A DNA stretch of 64,000 nucleotides, from contig JAXDLN010000012.1 of assembly GCA_034666565.1 (NCBI GenBank), forward strand, positions 14,040 through 78,039, written 5' to 3'. The position numbers and the translations under genes are program-made. The notes under the pieces were generated by a model that had not been told where the DNA came from, searched no databases, and saw only the letters and a program-made list of their open reading frames with translations. Origin of the DNA: Chloroflexota bacterium (GTDB lineage Bacteria > Chloroflexota > Dormibacteria > CF-121). This document shows, piece by piece, positions 39,954 to 54,389 of this stretch. The stretch's first letter is position 1. The number at the start of each line of letters is the position of its first letter.

Positions 39954-40062
39954 AGACCCAAGCGCTTGTCTTTACGCGAGGATGACCCCTGTGCTACGGT
40001 AGCCGTCAGGCAGGTGCTTTGGGGAAGAGGCACCTTGTTGAGCACTCAATAGCGAGGCAAGG

Positions 40063-41472
40063 ATGCTGGACGAGGTACGTACTCCAAGGCTGGTCGTTGC
40101 GGGGACCGCGAGCAACGTTGGCAAGACCATCCTTACGGCTGGCTTGATCGCCGCCTTCAAGGCTCGCGGGATGATCGTCCAGTCCTTCAAGGTCGGCCCC
40201 GACTATATCGATCCCGCCTATCTCGCGCACGTGAGCGGGCGTCCCTGCCGCAACCTGGACTCCTGGATGCTGGGCGAGGGCGCGCTGCGCCAGGTGCTCG
40301 CCCAGGGAGCGCTGGGGGCCGACCTCGCACTGGTCGAGGGCATGATGGGGCTGTTCGACGGTCGCGGGGGAACGGCCGACGGCAGCACCGCCGATGTGGC
40401 TCGCATCATCAAGGCTCCGGTGGTGCTGGTCATCGACGTCGGCAGCATGGGGGAGAGCGCCGCCGCGGTGGCGCTCGGCTTCAAGAACTATTCGGAGTCG
40501 CCGAAGATCGCCGGCGTTTTGCTCAACAACGTCGGCTCCGAGGGCCACCGGCGCAGTGTGGAAGATGCGATCTGGGACACCGCCAAGCTGCCGGTGCTTG
40601 GCGCGCTCCGGACGATGCCGGCGCTCGACATCCCGCAGCGGCAACTCGGCTTGCTGCCGGTGACGGAGAACAAGGAGTGGCGTCGGATGATCGACGTGCT
40701 GTCGGAGACGATCGCGCGCGATGTCGACCTCGATCTGCTGCTGCGGATCGCGAACAAGGCGGAGCTGGTGCCGCTGGTCCCCAAGAAAGTCTTCCTCGGC
40801 AAACCGGACGGTGGCCGCAGGGTTCGGCTCGCGGTCGCCTATGACGACGCGTTCAACTTCTATTACCCGGAAAACCTGGAGCTGCTCGAGGAGCATGGCG
40901 CCGAGATCGTGCCATTCAGTCCGCTCGAGGACGCGCACCTACCGCAGGACGCCGCCGGCGTCTACCTCGGTGGCGGCTTTCCCGAGATCTTCGTCGAGCC
41001 GCTGGCGAAAAATCGGTCGATGGCCGAGTCGATCCAGCGCGCCTACTCGAATGGCACCCCGATCTACGCTGAGTGCGGCGGCTTGATGTACCTGGGACGA
41101 TCGCTGCGCACCGAGTCGGGAAGCAGCTACGAGATGGCGGGCGTGATCCCGGTCGACGTCGAGATGGACGGCGAGATTCATCGATTCGGCTACCGCCAGC
41201 TGCTCACCCTCGAAGAAAACATCCTGTCACCGCGTGGCCAGTTCTACCGCGGGCACGAGTTCCACTGGAGCCGCATCACGGGGCACAATGGCGGCCTGAA
41301 GCCCGCGTACCAGATGCAGAGCGCCGAGGGCGAGGTGATCGGCTATGAGGGCTTTGTGGCACCCAACCTGCTCGCCAGCTATGTCCATTTGCACTTCGGA
41401 CAAAATCCGCTGCTGGTCGACAAGTTCGTGCAGCACTGCCGCGAGTACACCGCCGTCCACAGCGGCTCCTGA
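40063..41472 (+). CDS. cbiA: Cobyrinate a,c-diamide synthase (CbiA/CobB)
   Basis: SNVGKT, FKVGPDYIDP, EGMMGLFDG, AFNFYY, GGGFPE, AECGG, GHEFH. Confidence 0.9.
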   Translation: MLDEVRTPRLVVAGTASNVGKTILTAGLIAAFKARGMIVQSFKVGPDYIDPAYLAHVSGRPCRNLDSWMLGEGALRQVLAQGALGADLALVEGMMGLFDGRGGTADGSTADVARIIKAPVVLVIDVGSMGESAAAVALGFKNYSESPKIAGVLLNNVGSEGHRRSVEDAIWDTAKLPVLGALRTMPALDIPQRQLGLLPVTENKEWRRMIDVLSETIARDVDLDLLLRIANKAELVPLVPKKVFLGKPDGGRRVRLAVAYDDAFNFYYPENLELLEEHGAEIVPFSPLEDAHLPQDAAGVYLGGGFPEIFVEPLAKNRSMAESIQRAYSNGTPIYAECGGLMYLGRSLRTESGSSYEMAGVIPVDVEMDGEIHRFGYRQLLTLEENILSPRGQFYRGHEFHWSRITGHNGGLKPAYQMQSAEGEVIGYEGFVAPNLLASYVHLHFGQNPLLVDKFVQHCREYTAVHSGS

Positions 41473-41495
41473 TCGGGCGTTCCCGCGCGAAATCG

Positions 41496-41792
41496 TCAGC
41501 GGTAATCGTGAGGAGCGGTCTCGGTCGCGATCCAAGCTTCCGCGCCAACCACACCCAAGCTACTGCCCGGAATACTGTCAGCCGTCATCTTGGCGGCTCG
41601 GTCGAATACCGCCATGGCCTGCTCGACCGCGTCGGCCTCGCTGCGCGCCTGAAAGCTCAGCACCAGTCGCACGAGGTCGTCCCCTGCATCGCCCACCCGG
41701 GTCGGCTGCAGGTCAGTACGGTTGGCTTCGACCCACGCGACCCGGCGCTCCACTTTCGGTGAAACCGCAACGCCAACGCGGTAGTCGGCCAT
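41496..41792 (-). CDS. Hypothetical protein (98 aa)
   Basis: ATG at 41792 preceded by TACACT at 6 nt; fills the intergenic gap. Confidence 0.55.
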   Translation of the reverse strand: MADYRVGVAVSPKVERRVAWVEANRTDLQPTRVGDAGDDLVRLVLSFQARSEADAVEQAMAVFDRAAKMTADSIPGSSLGVVGAEAWIATETAPHDYR

Positions 41793-41906
41793 CGCGCGAG
41801 TGTAGGCTCGAGTCTGGCGCCACGCATCGGCAAATCCACCTACCCTGCAGCGGTGGTGTCGAGTTTGAGCCACGCTCAATGTGGGCATCACCCGGGAAAC
41901 GCAAAC

Positions 41907-42947
41907 ATGGCCACCCCTGAGTACAAGGACTACTACCAGACCCTGGGGGTCTCGCGGACGGCATCCGAGAAGGAGATCAAGTCCGCCTATCGGCGCCTGG
42001 CGCGTCAGTACCACCCGGATGTCAACAAGGACCCAAAGGCGACCGATCGGTTCAAGCTGATCAACGAGGCCTACGAGGTGCTGAGCGATCCCAAGAAGCG
42101 GACGAAGTATGACCAGATGGGCGCCGACTGGGAGCGCATCGAGCGCGAGCAGGAGTTCGCTCGCCAGTACCAGACGCAGGCCGGGGGCCAACCGGCCGGC
42201 GCCGCTGCCGGCTTCGGCGATTTCAGCGACTTCTTCAACACGTACTTCGGCGGCGAGGCCGGCAGCTTCTCGGGGTTCGGGTTCGAGGGGACACGGGGTC
42301 GGACTGCCATCCGCGAGCGCGGTGAAGACATCGAGCATCCCTTCGAGATCACGTTGGAGGAGGCCGCGCGCGGTGGCGAACGGACGATTCAGACCGAGGT
42401 GCCCGAGACCTGTCCGACCTGTGGCGGCTCGGGCTTTGTGGCCGAGCGGCGCAAAGTCGGCAACCGCACCGTCATGGAGAGCGTGACCTGCCCGACCTGT
42501 GGCGGCGCCGGCGTTCGGGCGACGCGGCGCCAGATCCAGGTCAAGATTCCCGCGGGCGTCATCGAGGGTTCACGGATTCGGGTCAAGGGCGAGGGCCAGC
42601 GCGCCGCGGAAGCGGGTGACCTCTACTTGCGTGTCCATCTGCAGCCGCACCCGCGGTTTGCCGCAAAAGGCCGCGATCTCTACACGCCGCTTCCGGTGCT
42701 CGACGATCAGGCGGCGTTGGGCGACGAGGTCAAGGTCGAGACCCTCACGGGTGCGCAGCTCCAGGTCCGCATACCGCCCGGGAGCCAGGCCGGCAAGGTG
42801 TTTCGGCTGAAGGGCAAGGGACTCCCCGCGCTGCGCGACGGCGTCTCCGGAGACCTCTATGCCACGCTGGAAATTCGCATCCCGGAACCGATCACCGAGC
42901 CGCTGCGCGACCTCTACCAGGAAATTCGAAAAGCCCGGACGAGCTAG
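41907..42947 (+). CDS. DnaJ/CbpA-family co-chaperone
   Basis: KDYY..LGV, HPD motif, G/F-rich region, two CxxCxGxG motifs, DnaJ C-terminal domain. Confidence 0.92.
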   Translation: MATPEYKDYYQTLGVSRTASEKEIKSAYRRLARQYHPDVNKDPKATDRFKLINEAYEVLSDPKKRTKYDQMGADWERIEREQEFARQYQTQAGGQPAGAAAGFGDFSDFFNTYFGGEAGSFSGFGFEGTRGRTAIRERGEDIEHPFEITLEEAARGGERTIQTEVPETCPTCGGSGFVAERRKVGNRTVMESVTCPTCGGAGVRATRRQIQVKIPAGVIEGSRIRVKGEGQRAAEAGDLYLRVHLQPHPRFAAKGRDLYTPLPVLDDQAALGDEVKVETLTGAQLQVRIPPGSQAGKVFRLKGKGLPALRDGVSGDLYATLEIRIPEPITEPLRDLYQEIRKARTS

Positions 42948-43163
42948 TCAGCGGCGGAAGAAGGCGTTCAAGAGCAAGGTCAGCACCAGGCTCAGCAGTA
43001 AGCAGGTGACGATCGGGAAGTAGAAGTGGACATTGCCGCGGTCGACTGAGATGTCACCGGGCAATTTGCCAAGGTACGGGATTCGGAGCCCGAGGGCGAG
43101 GACAAGCCCGACGATGACGATGAAGCCACCGACGATGATGAGCAGTTTGCCGATCTCAGGCAT
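42948..43163 (-). CDS. DUF2905-like small membrane protein
   Basis: GKLPGDI.....N..FYFPI.TCLLLS. Confidence 0.85.
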   Translation of the reverse strand: MPEIGKLLIIVGGFIVIVGLVLALGLRIPYLGKLPGDISVDRGNVHFYFPIVTCLLLSLVLTLLLNAFFRR

Positions 43164-43226
43164 GCTCTGATCCTAACGGCCCCGGCAAAGATTTCCTCGC
43201 GGGTGGCGAGGTTTAGGGACGGGTTT

Positions 43227-43469
43227 TTAGAACCCGATCCAGCCGATCGCTTGCTCGATCTGCGCCTGCTGCAGCCCGGCGATCGGTACGCCGTCGATCA
43301 CCGTGAGCGGCACCTGCCTGACCTCGATGTCGAGAGTGCGGAGGTCCTTGCCATCCAGCTTTCCATCGGCACACACGTGCTCCTGGAAGGCGACCCCCCG
43401 GTCAGCCAGGATCTCTTTGATCCGGCGGCTGCTCTCGCAGTCCGGACGCGTGTAAACGATCACTTCCAT
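43227..43469 (-). CDS. Glutaredoxin/NrdH-like protein (CxxS)
   Basis: VIVYTRPDCESS...QVPLTVIDG..IAG. Confidence 0.75.
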   Translation of the reverse strand: MEVIVYTRPDCESSRRIKEILADRGVAFQEHVCADGKLDGKDLRTLDIEVRQVPLTVIDGVPIAGLQQAQIEQAIGWIGF

Positions 43470-43616
43470 AGCTTTACAGCCAGACTATCAACGGACGTGG
43501 TATTTGTCCAATTCTTTTCTCCGATGCGTTCGATCAACGTCGTTGATATCACAACGGCCCGGTCGAACGGTTCGATATGCTCCCCTCACTGGCGACGGGC
43601 CGGCCGGAGGAGGGAA

Positions 43617-45494
43617 ATGGGCACAAGGAAACGCCATCCGCTTGCTCTGTTGATCGGGATCGCGCTTCCGCTGAGCCTCGGCCTTGCCCCAAGCCTGGTC
43701 AATTCCGCATCGACCGGCCTCGACCCCGGCATTGGGAACGTGCCACAGGGCACGCAATCCGACCAGGCCTATACCGACAGCTTCGCGGCCAACCGGGTCA
43801 CCAACGTCTTCGTGACCAGTCAGCAGGTGAGTTGCTATCGGCCGGAGGTGCCGTTCGCGGTCAGCAACGGTCCCAACGACGGCTATACGGGCGAGGTATC
43901 GTGCCCCGGCGCGACCACCGGCGAGGATACCGGCGCTGCCGGTCCATATCCCACCCAAGTCGGCAGCCAGCCTGGTTATCCGGCGGCCGAACCGAAACTG
44001 GTGACCGACCATTCCGAGTCGGACATCCGCGTGGATCCGCTCGATCCCAATCATCTGATCGGATCGACCAAATGGTTCGCCAGCCCCGAGGGCTATAACC
44101 ACCTGGTCGGCTTCTACGAGTCCTTCGATGCGGGCAAGACCTGGCCGACGATGGGCCACATTCCCGGCTATGAGGGCTTCACCGACAACACCGATCCAGT
44201 GGGCGCCTTCGATGCCTTCGGCAACTATTACCAGGCCCTGCTTCCCTACCAGTTCTTTTATGACAGCACCGGGCATAAAAAATACGAGGTCGGCAACGAG
44301 CCCAGCCGGGCGATTCCTAACGAGGCCGTCGCCATCGCCGTCCGCCCGCATGGCGCAAGTGGACCCAACGCCTGGATCACGACCCACAACGGGCGCCCCG
44401 ATTACGTCTTCACCACCAATGCCGGCCTCGGCCAGGAACCCGACAAGGAATGGATCGCGATCGACCGCAATCCGGTCCGTCCTGACGGATCGCCCAACCC
44501 CAACTACAACCGGATCTACATGATGTACGTCAACTTCAACGGCAACGGCAGCAAACCCTACGTACAAACGGCCGTGGCGCGGAAGGACGGAACCCATACC
44601 GACTGGACGCCACCGGTTGAACTTCCCAGGCAGAACTCCACCAACAACAACACCTACCTGCTCCCGCACATCGATCCCGCAGGGGTCGTCTACACCTCGG
44701 TGATCAACTATGTCAGCGGGCAAGGCGGTTGCTGCGTCGACGTGCTGATGGATTACTCGACCGATGGCGGCGTCAGCTGGATCGGGCCATCGGTCGCCGC
44801 CAGCAACGTGCATGTCCCGCCGTTGACCGGGGCCGGGTACGCGAACACCACCTTCGAGGACGGCATCGAGGAGACCTTTGCGGTCGGCAACCACCCGGCG
44901 AGCACGGGCCACTATCCAATCTACGTCGCCTACGAGTCGAAGAGCACGGGTTTTGGCAACATGCTGCTGACGGCGTCTTTCGACCTGGGCCAGACCTGGG
45001 TTGCCCCGATCCAGGTCAACGACAACCGCATCACCAATGTCGACGAGTTCCAACCAAACCTGGCGGTGGCGCCGAACGGCACCGTAAGCGTCAACTTCTA
45101 TGACCGCCGGCTCGCGTGTCCCGCCGCCGGCACGACCGATGCGACCGCCGCGGGTCTTCAGCTCGACCGGCAAAACCCCAACTACACGGGTCCGCTCCCG
45201 CCCTACGGCGCGACGGACTATTGCGTCACCTCGGGCATCCAGTTCTACACCGCCGCCCTCAAGCCGATCGGGCACAACATTCGACTTACGGAGCACATCT
45301 GGGATCCGCAGCTCAACAGCCCGGACCGTCGCTGCGCCTGCGTGCCCACGGATACGTTCCTTGGTGACTACTTTGGCAACGACTTCGCCGGTACCCTCGA
45401 CTACTCGACCTTTGTGAGTACCTACGACGGCAGCAACAATCCGCACCACTACCAGCAACAGGTAGTCGCCACCGTATCGATTCCCAAACGCTAG
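43617..45494 (+). CDS. Secreted sialidase-like (BNR/Asp-box) beta-propeller protein
   Basis: GGAGG RBS, signal peptide, Asp-boxes SFDAGKTW, STDGGVSW and SFDLGQTW, DKEWI, FLGDY. Confidence 0.8.
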   Translation: MGTRKRHPLALLIGIALPLSLGLAPSLVNSASTGLDPGIGNVPQGTQSDQAYTDSFAANRVTNVFVTSQQVSCYRPEVPFAVSNGPNDGYTGEVSCPGATTGEDTGAAGPYPTQVGSQPGYPAAEPKLVTDHSESDIRVDPLDPNHLIGSTKWFASPEGYNHLVGFYESFDAGKTWPTMGHIPGYEGFTDNTDPVGAFDAFGNYYQALLPYQFFYDSTGHKKYEVGNEPSRAIPNEAVAIAVRPHGASGPNAWITTHNGRPDYVFTTNAGLGQEPDKEWIAIDRNPVRPDGSPNPNYNRIYMMYVNFNGNGSKPYVQTAVARKDGTHTDWTPPVELPRQNSTNNNTYLLPHIDPAGVVYTSVINYVSGQGGCCVDVLMDYSTDGGVSWIGPSVAASNVHVPPLTGAGYANTTFEDGIEETFAVGNHPASTGHYPIYVAYESKSTGFGNMLLTASFDLGQTWVAPIQVNDNRITNVDEFQPNLAVAPNGTVSVNFYDRRLACPAAGTTDATAAGLQLDRQNPNYTGPLPPYGATDYCVTSGIQFYTAALKPIGHNIRLTEHIWDPQLNSPDRRCACVPTDTFLGDYFGNDFAGTLDYSTFVSTYDGSNNPHHYQQQVVATVSIPKR

Positions 45495-45521
45495 TCTCGG
45501 CGGTTGACGAAACGGGACCGT

Positions 45522-45550
45522 TTGACAGCCCGTTCGCTGACCCGTAAACT
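45522..45550 (+). promoter_or_regulatory. Sigma-70-type promoter of the pyr operon
   Basis: TTGACA-17 nt-TAAACT. Confidence 0.8.
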
Positions 45551-45564
45551 TACCCGGACCGTCG

Positions 45565-45596
45565 TCCTTTAACCCGGCCCAGCGAGGCCGAAAGGA
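45565..45596 (+). promoter_or_regulatory. PyrR-binding RNA stem-loop overlapping the pyrB RBS
   Basis: TCCTTTAA-CCC-GGCCCAGCGAGGCC-G-AAAGGA resembles the CUUUAA..ARUCCNGNGAGGYU..AAAG PyrR site; pyrR is in the operon. Confidence 0.85.
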
Positions 45597-45603
45597 GAAT
45601 CGG

Positions 45604-46551
45604 ATGCGCGACACCCTGACCGCTCCGCCCGCGCGGACGCAGGTCCCCCGTCGACACCTCACCGGCCCGAACGATCTGACGCTATCCCTGATCGAGCAGC
45701 TGCTTGAACGCGCGGCGGCGTTCGAGCGGGGCGATGCCGAGGCTGCGCCCCTCCACGGCCGGCTGCTGGTGACGCTGTTTTACGAACCCAGCACGCGGAC
45801 TCGATTCTCCTTCGAGGCCGCCATGTACCGCCTGGGCGGCCAGGTGCTGAGCGCCGAAAATGCCGCGCAGGCGTCGTCGGCGGCCAAAGGCGAGTCGCTC
45901 GAGGACGCGATGCGAATCGTCAGCGGCTATGGGGACGCCATCGTGCTCCGCCACCCCGAGGTGGGGGCGGTCGAGCGAGCTGCGCGTGCCGCCGACGTGC
46001 CGGTGATCAGTGCGGGAGACGGTGCGGGACACCACCCTACCCAGGCGCTCCTCGACCTCTACACCATCAAGAAGGAGCTCGGCCGTCTGCATCATCTGCG
46101 CGTCGGGCTCGCCGGAGACTTGCGCCACGGTCGCACCGCCCGCTCGCTCGCGCTGCTGCTGTCCCGCTTTCCGGGCAACGAGCTGCTCATGATCTCGCCA
46201 CCGGAGCTGCGCATGGGAGCGGATGTCCTCGATCAGCTGAAAGAAGCCCGAGTGGACGAGACGGACGATTTCCACGGCGCGATCACAGGCCTGGACGTCC
46301 TCTACCAAACGCGGATCCAGGCCGAGCGCTTCGCCTCGCCCGACGACTATGAGCGCCACCGTGGCGTCTACGTCGTGACCGTGGACCTGATGCGTCGCTT
46401 GCCCGAGCATGCCATCGTGTTGCATCCGCTGCCGCGGGTGAGCGAGATCGATCCCCTGGTCGATGCCGACTCGCGGGCCGCCTATTTCCGCCAGGCTCGC
46501 AACGGACTTTGGATCCGGATGGCGGTGCTCGACTGGGCAATGGGGCGCTGA
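45604..46551 (+). CDS. pyrB: Aspartate carbamoyltransferase
   Basis: FYEPSTRTR.SF, KGESLED, HPTQALLD, TRIQ.ER, HPLPR. Confidence 0.96.
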   Translation: MRDTLTAPPARTQVPRRHLTGPNDLTLSLIEQLLERAAAFERGDAEAAPLHGRLLVTLFYEPSTRTRFSFEAAMYRLGGQVLSAENAAQASSAAKGESLEDAMRIVSGYGDAIVLRHPEVGAVERAARAADVPVISAGDGAGHHPTQALLDLYTIKKELGRLHHLRVGLAGDLRHGRTARSLALLLSRFPGNELLMISPPELRMGADVLDQLKEARVDETDDFHGAITGLDVLYQTRIQAERFASPDDYERHRGVYVVTVDLMRRLPEHAIVLHPLPRVSEIDPLVDADSRAAYFRQARNGLWIRMAVLDWAMGR

Positions 46552-47135
46552 TGTTGCAGACTCCACCCGCCAAGGCGGTGATCCTGGACGCCGAGGGCGT
46601 GCGCCGTGCCTGGCGTCGGATCGCCCACGAGATCATCGAGCGCCAACCGAATCTCGCGCAGCTGAGCCTGCTGGGCATTGTCACGCGCGGCGTGCCGCTC
46701 GCGCAGCGGCTGGCGGACACGCTGGAACAGCTGGAAGGCGTGCGTATACCAGTCATCGCGCTCGACGTGCGCGCCTACCGCGATGACCTGCCGAAAGCAT
46801 TTACGCTCATGCAGAGACCCTTACCCGCTGGCGGGGGAGGGCCGGGTGGGGGCTTGCCGGCGGCCGCGGTCGATGGTCGCCCGGTCCTCCTGGTCGACGA
46901 TGTCCTCTTCAACGGACGGACGGTGCGGGCCGCAATCGACGCGGTGATCGAGGCCGGTCGGCCCACCCAGATCCAGCTGGCCGTGCTGGTGGATCGTGGT
47001 CACCGCGAGCTACCGATCCGTCCCGACTACATCGGCAAGAATGTGCCGACCTCCCGCCAGGAATGGGTCGAGGTCCATCTGAGCGAAACCGACGGCGAAG
47101 ACTCGGTCCGCATTCTCGAGCGGTCGGAAGGCTGA
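46551..47135 (+). CDS. pyrR: Pyrimidine operon regulator / UPRTase PyrR
   Basis: RIAHEIIE, YRDDL, LVDDVLF.GRT.RAA, DRGHRELPIRPDYIGKNVPT. Confidence 0.95.
   Translation: MLQTPPAKAVILDAEGVRRAWRRIAHEIIERQPNLAQLSLLGIVTRGVPLAQRLADTLEQLEGVRIPVIALDVRAYRDDLPKAFTLMQRPLPAGGGGPGGGLPAAAVDGRPVLLVDDVLFNGRTVRAAIDAVIEAGRPTQIQLAVLVDRGHRELPIRPDYIGKNVPTSRQEWVEVHLSETDGEDSVRILERSEG
46818..46852 (+). repeat. Hairpin + G-tract repeat, copy 7 (in frame in pyrR, diverged)
   Basis: CCCTTACCC-GCTGGC-GGGGGAGGG-CCGGGTGGGGG, encodes PLPAGGGGPGGG. Confidence 0.85.
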
Positions 47136-48269
47136 TGCGCCTGCATCACGTCCGCGTGCTGGGGCCGGCGGGCCTTTCGATGCCGCAAACGGTGGAGGTC
47201 AACGCCGAGGGTGCGCCCGACCGCGACGCGACCGGGCTGGTGCTGTCGCCCGGGTGGATGGATTTGCACGCGCACCTGCGCGATCCCGGCTTCCCCCAGA
47301 AGGAAACCCTGGTGTCAGGGGCGACCAGCGCCGCAGTCGGTGGTTTCACCCACGTCGTGGCGATGGCGAACACCGACCCGGTGACGGATCGGCGGGAGCG
47401 ACTGGAGAGCCTGGTCGCGCGGAGCGAAGCCCTGCCGATCCGCATCAGTTTCGTGGGAGCCGTGACGGTCGGCCTTGACGGTCGGGAACTGACCGACGCG
47501 GCCGCGCTCAAGGCGGCGGGCGCCGTGGCGCTCTCCGACGACGGGCGGCACGCGATGAATGCCGTCGTGCTCCGCCGTGCGCTCGAGGCGGCCGCCGAGG
47601 CTAGCTTGCCGGTGTTGATCCACGCCCAGGCTGAAGGCCTGGGGAACGGCCCGGACGCCGAGGCTGCCGCGGTAACGGACGCGATCGATGTCCTGCTCAA
47701 CGTCCCGAGCGCGCGCCTTCACGTCCAGCATGTAAGTACGCGGCGCGCGATCGACCTAATTCGTTGGGCGAAATCGGAGGGACTGAAGGTCACGGCTGAG
47801 GCCACGCCGCACCACTTGACCCTGACGGAGAAGGATGCGTCGGCCATGGGTCCGCACGGCAATGTCAATCCGCCGCTGCGAACCGCGGACGATCGGGATG
47901 CCCTCCGCCAGGCCCTGGTGGCTGGAGTGATCGATGTGATCGCCACCGACCATGCGCCGCACGAGCGGGCCGCAAAAGAGGCGGGCGCGAACGGCTTCCA
48001 CGGCTTCGAGACGGCGATGGGCGTCGTTCTTGGGCTCGACCTCGACGGTCGCGCCGTCTACCGCGCCTGCGTATCCCGGCCGCGTGAAATCATCGGCCAA
48101 TCGCTGGAAGACGAATGGATCCTGATCGATCCCAACGAAGAGTGGACAGTCGATGCGTCCTCCTTTAAGAGTCGTGGCAAGAACACGCCCTTTCAGGGTC
48201 GGCGGCTGCGCGGACGGGTCATCATGACGATCTGTCGCGGCCAGGTGGTGACGGAGCGCGTGATGCAAC

Positions 48270-48277
<8 letters not shown>
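47135..48277 (+). CDS. pyrC: Dihydroorotase
   Basis: [44 protein letters not shown]. Confidence 0.92.
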
Positions 48278-52642
<4,365 letters not shown>

Positions 52643-52646
<4 letters not shown>

Positions 52647-53464
52647 GCGTCGCGGTCGCGCCGGCCGTCGTCGCCGAGCGCTCGGTGGCCATGGCCGGGG
52701 CGGTTGAGCTCGTGATTTTCCACCCGCCCTCCGCCGTTGCGGTTGCTCCCGGGCAGTTTTTTCAGCTGGCGGTCAGCGCCCCGCACACGCTCCTCCGCCG
52801 CCCCTACAGCGCCGCCTGGTCTGATCCGGCAAGCGGCCGGATCGGGTTCATCTTCAACGTGGTCGGGGCGGGAAGTGCATGGCTTGCTGCTCTTGGCGAG
52901 GGTGACGAGCTGGATTTGCTCGGCCCTCTCGGACGCGGCTTCGACATCGACGGCCAGCGACCAGCCATCTGTATTGCCGGCGGCCTCGGTATCGCCGTGT
53001 TTCCCGGCGTCGTCCACGCGCTGATCGCGCGGGGGCGCTCCGTGATGGTGCTGCAGGGTGCCCGCACCGCGGCGCAGCTGCTACCAGCGTCTCGATTCGC
53101 GGGTGCTGACGTTCAGGTCTCAACCGACGACGGCAGCGCCGGTCATTCCGGCTCGGTCGTTGACCTGCTGACTCAATATTTCGCTCCCCCTCTCGGGGAG
53201 GGCAGGCTGGGGGCCGTTGACATCCTCACCTGCGGCCCGACTCCGATGCTCACCGCATTAATCGACGCTGCCCGTCGCCACGAGATTCCACTTTCGTCCA
53301 TCCAGGTGGCGCTCGAAACCCCGATGGGTTGCGGGGTCGGAACCTGCCTGGGCTGCGCCGCCCCGCGCCTTGCTGGCGGATACTTGCTCACCTGCCAGGA
53401 GGGGCCGTGCGTGCGCGCCGATCGGATCGACTGGGGCCTGATGACGGATGGCTTCCATGGCTGA
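52643..53464 (+). CDS. pyrK: Dihydroorotate dehydrogenase electron transfer subunit
   Basis: [39 protein letters not shown]...C.EGP. Confidence 0.92.
53182..53213 (+). repeat. Hairpin + G-tract repeat, copy 9 (in frame in pyrK)
   Basis: CGCTCCCCC-TCT-CGGGGAGGG-CAGGCTGGGGG, encodes [10 protein letters not shown]. Confidence 0.85.
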
Positions 53465-54389
53465 GCGGCCGGATCTGACGGTCGACCTCGGCCGCGGGCT
53501 GTGTCTGCGCAGCCCGGTGATGGTGGCCTCCGGCACGTTCGGCTACGGCTTCGATGCGCCCGAGGTGGATCGGTCCGCGCTGGGCGCGATCGTAAGCAAG
53601 GGCACCACCTTGCGACCGCGCGAGGGGAACGCGCCCATCCGCATCGCGGAGACCCCATCGGGAATGTTGAATGCCATCGGCCTGCAGAACCCCGGCGTCG
53701 ACCACGTGGCCCGCGTCTATGCGCCGCAGTGGGCGACCTGGGACCTGCCCGTGATCGTGAACGTGGCGGGCGACTCGGTGGAGGAGTACGTCGCGGTCGC
53801 GCGTCGCCTCAGCGGCGTGGCCGGCGTCGCCGGGCTCGAGCTCAACATCTCATGCCCGAACGTGGAGAGCGGGCTGCAGTTCGGCATCGACCCCGTGCTA
53901 GCGGCGGCGGTGACGCACGCCGTGCGGGCCGTGACCGAGCTTCCGCTGATCGTCAAGCTCACCCCCAACGTCACCGACATCGTCGCCGTCGCCCGGGCTG
54001 TTGAGGATGCGGGTGCGGACGCGGTGTCGGCGATCAACACCTACGTCGGTATGGCGATTGACGTTCGACGGCGCCGCCCTATCGTCTCGCGGGGCAGCGG
54101 CGGTCTCAGCGGACCGGCGATCAAGCCGCTCGCCCTGCATGCCGTCTGGCAGGTGGCGGCCGACGTTCACATCCCTGTCATCGGTGTCGGTGGAATCACG
54201 ACGCCCGACGACGCCCTCGAATTCCTGCTCGCCGGCGCAGCGGCGGTCCAACTGGGGACTGTGAACTATGTCCGTCCGCAGGCGGCGGCCGAAATCCACG
54301 CTGGCATTACCGCCTACCTGGTGCAGCGTGGGCTGCCGGATATTCGTGCCCTGCCAATCCGGCCCGTGAGCGCATTGGCCCATGTCTGA
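53457..54389 (+). CDS. pyrD: Dihydroorotate dehydrogenase B catalytic subunit
   Basis: ASGTFGYG, NAIGLQNPG, ELNISCPN, KLTPNVTDI, GGLSGPAIKP. Confidence 0.96.
   Translation: MAERPDLTVDLGRGLCLRSPVMVASGTFGYGFDAPEVDRSALGAIVSKGTTLRPREGNAPIRIAETPSGMLNAIGLQNPGVDHVARVYAPQWATWDLPVIVNVAGDSVEEYVAVARRLSGVAGVAGLELNISCPNVESGLQFGIDPVLAAAVTHAVRAVTELPLIVKLTPNVTDIVAVARAVEDAGADAVSAINTYVGMAIDVRRRRPIVSRGSGGLSGPAIKPLALHAVWQVAADVHIPVIGVGGITTPDDALEFLLAGAAAVQLGTVNYVRPQAAAEIHAGITAYLVQRGLPDIRALPIRPVSALAHV

Noticed and set aside
40036-40060. CIRCE element (GCACTC half-site)
   Set aside because: The second half-site GAGTGCTAA is absent and the downstream gene is not a chaperone.
43193-43224. CCTCGC-GGGTG-GCGAGG-TTTAGGGACGGG as a tenth repeat copy
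   Set aside because: Same layout and orientation but too diverged to count; may be a simple terminator hairpin.
43563-43575. TCGAAC-G-GTTCGA as a LexA (Cheo) box
   Set aside because: The spacer is 1 nt instead of the 4 nt of GAAC-N4-GTTC.
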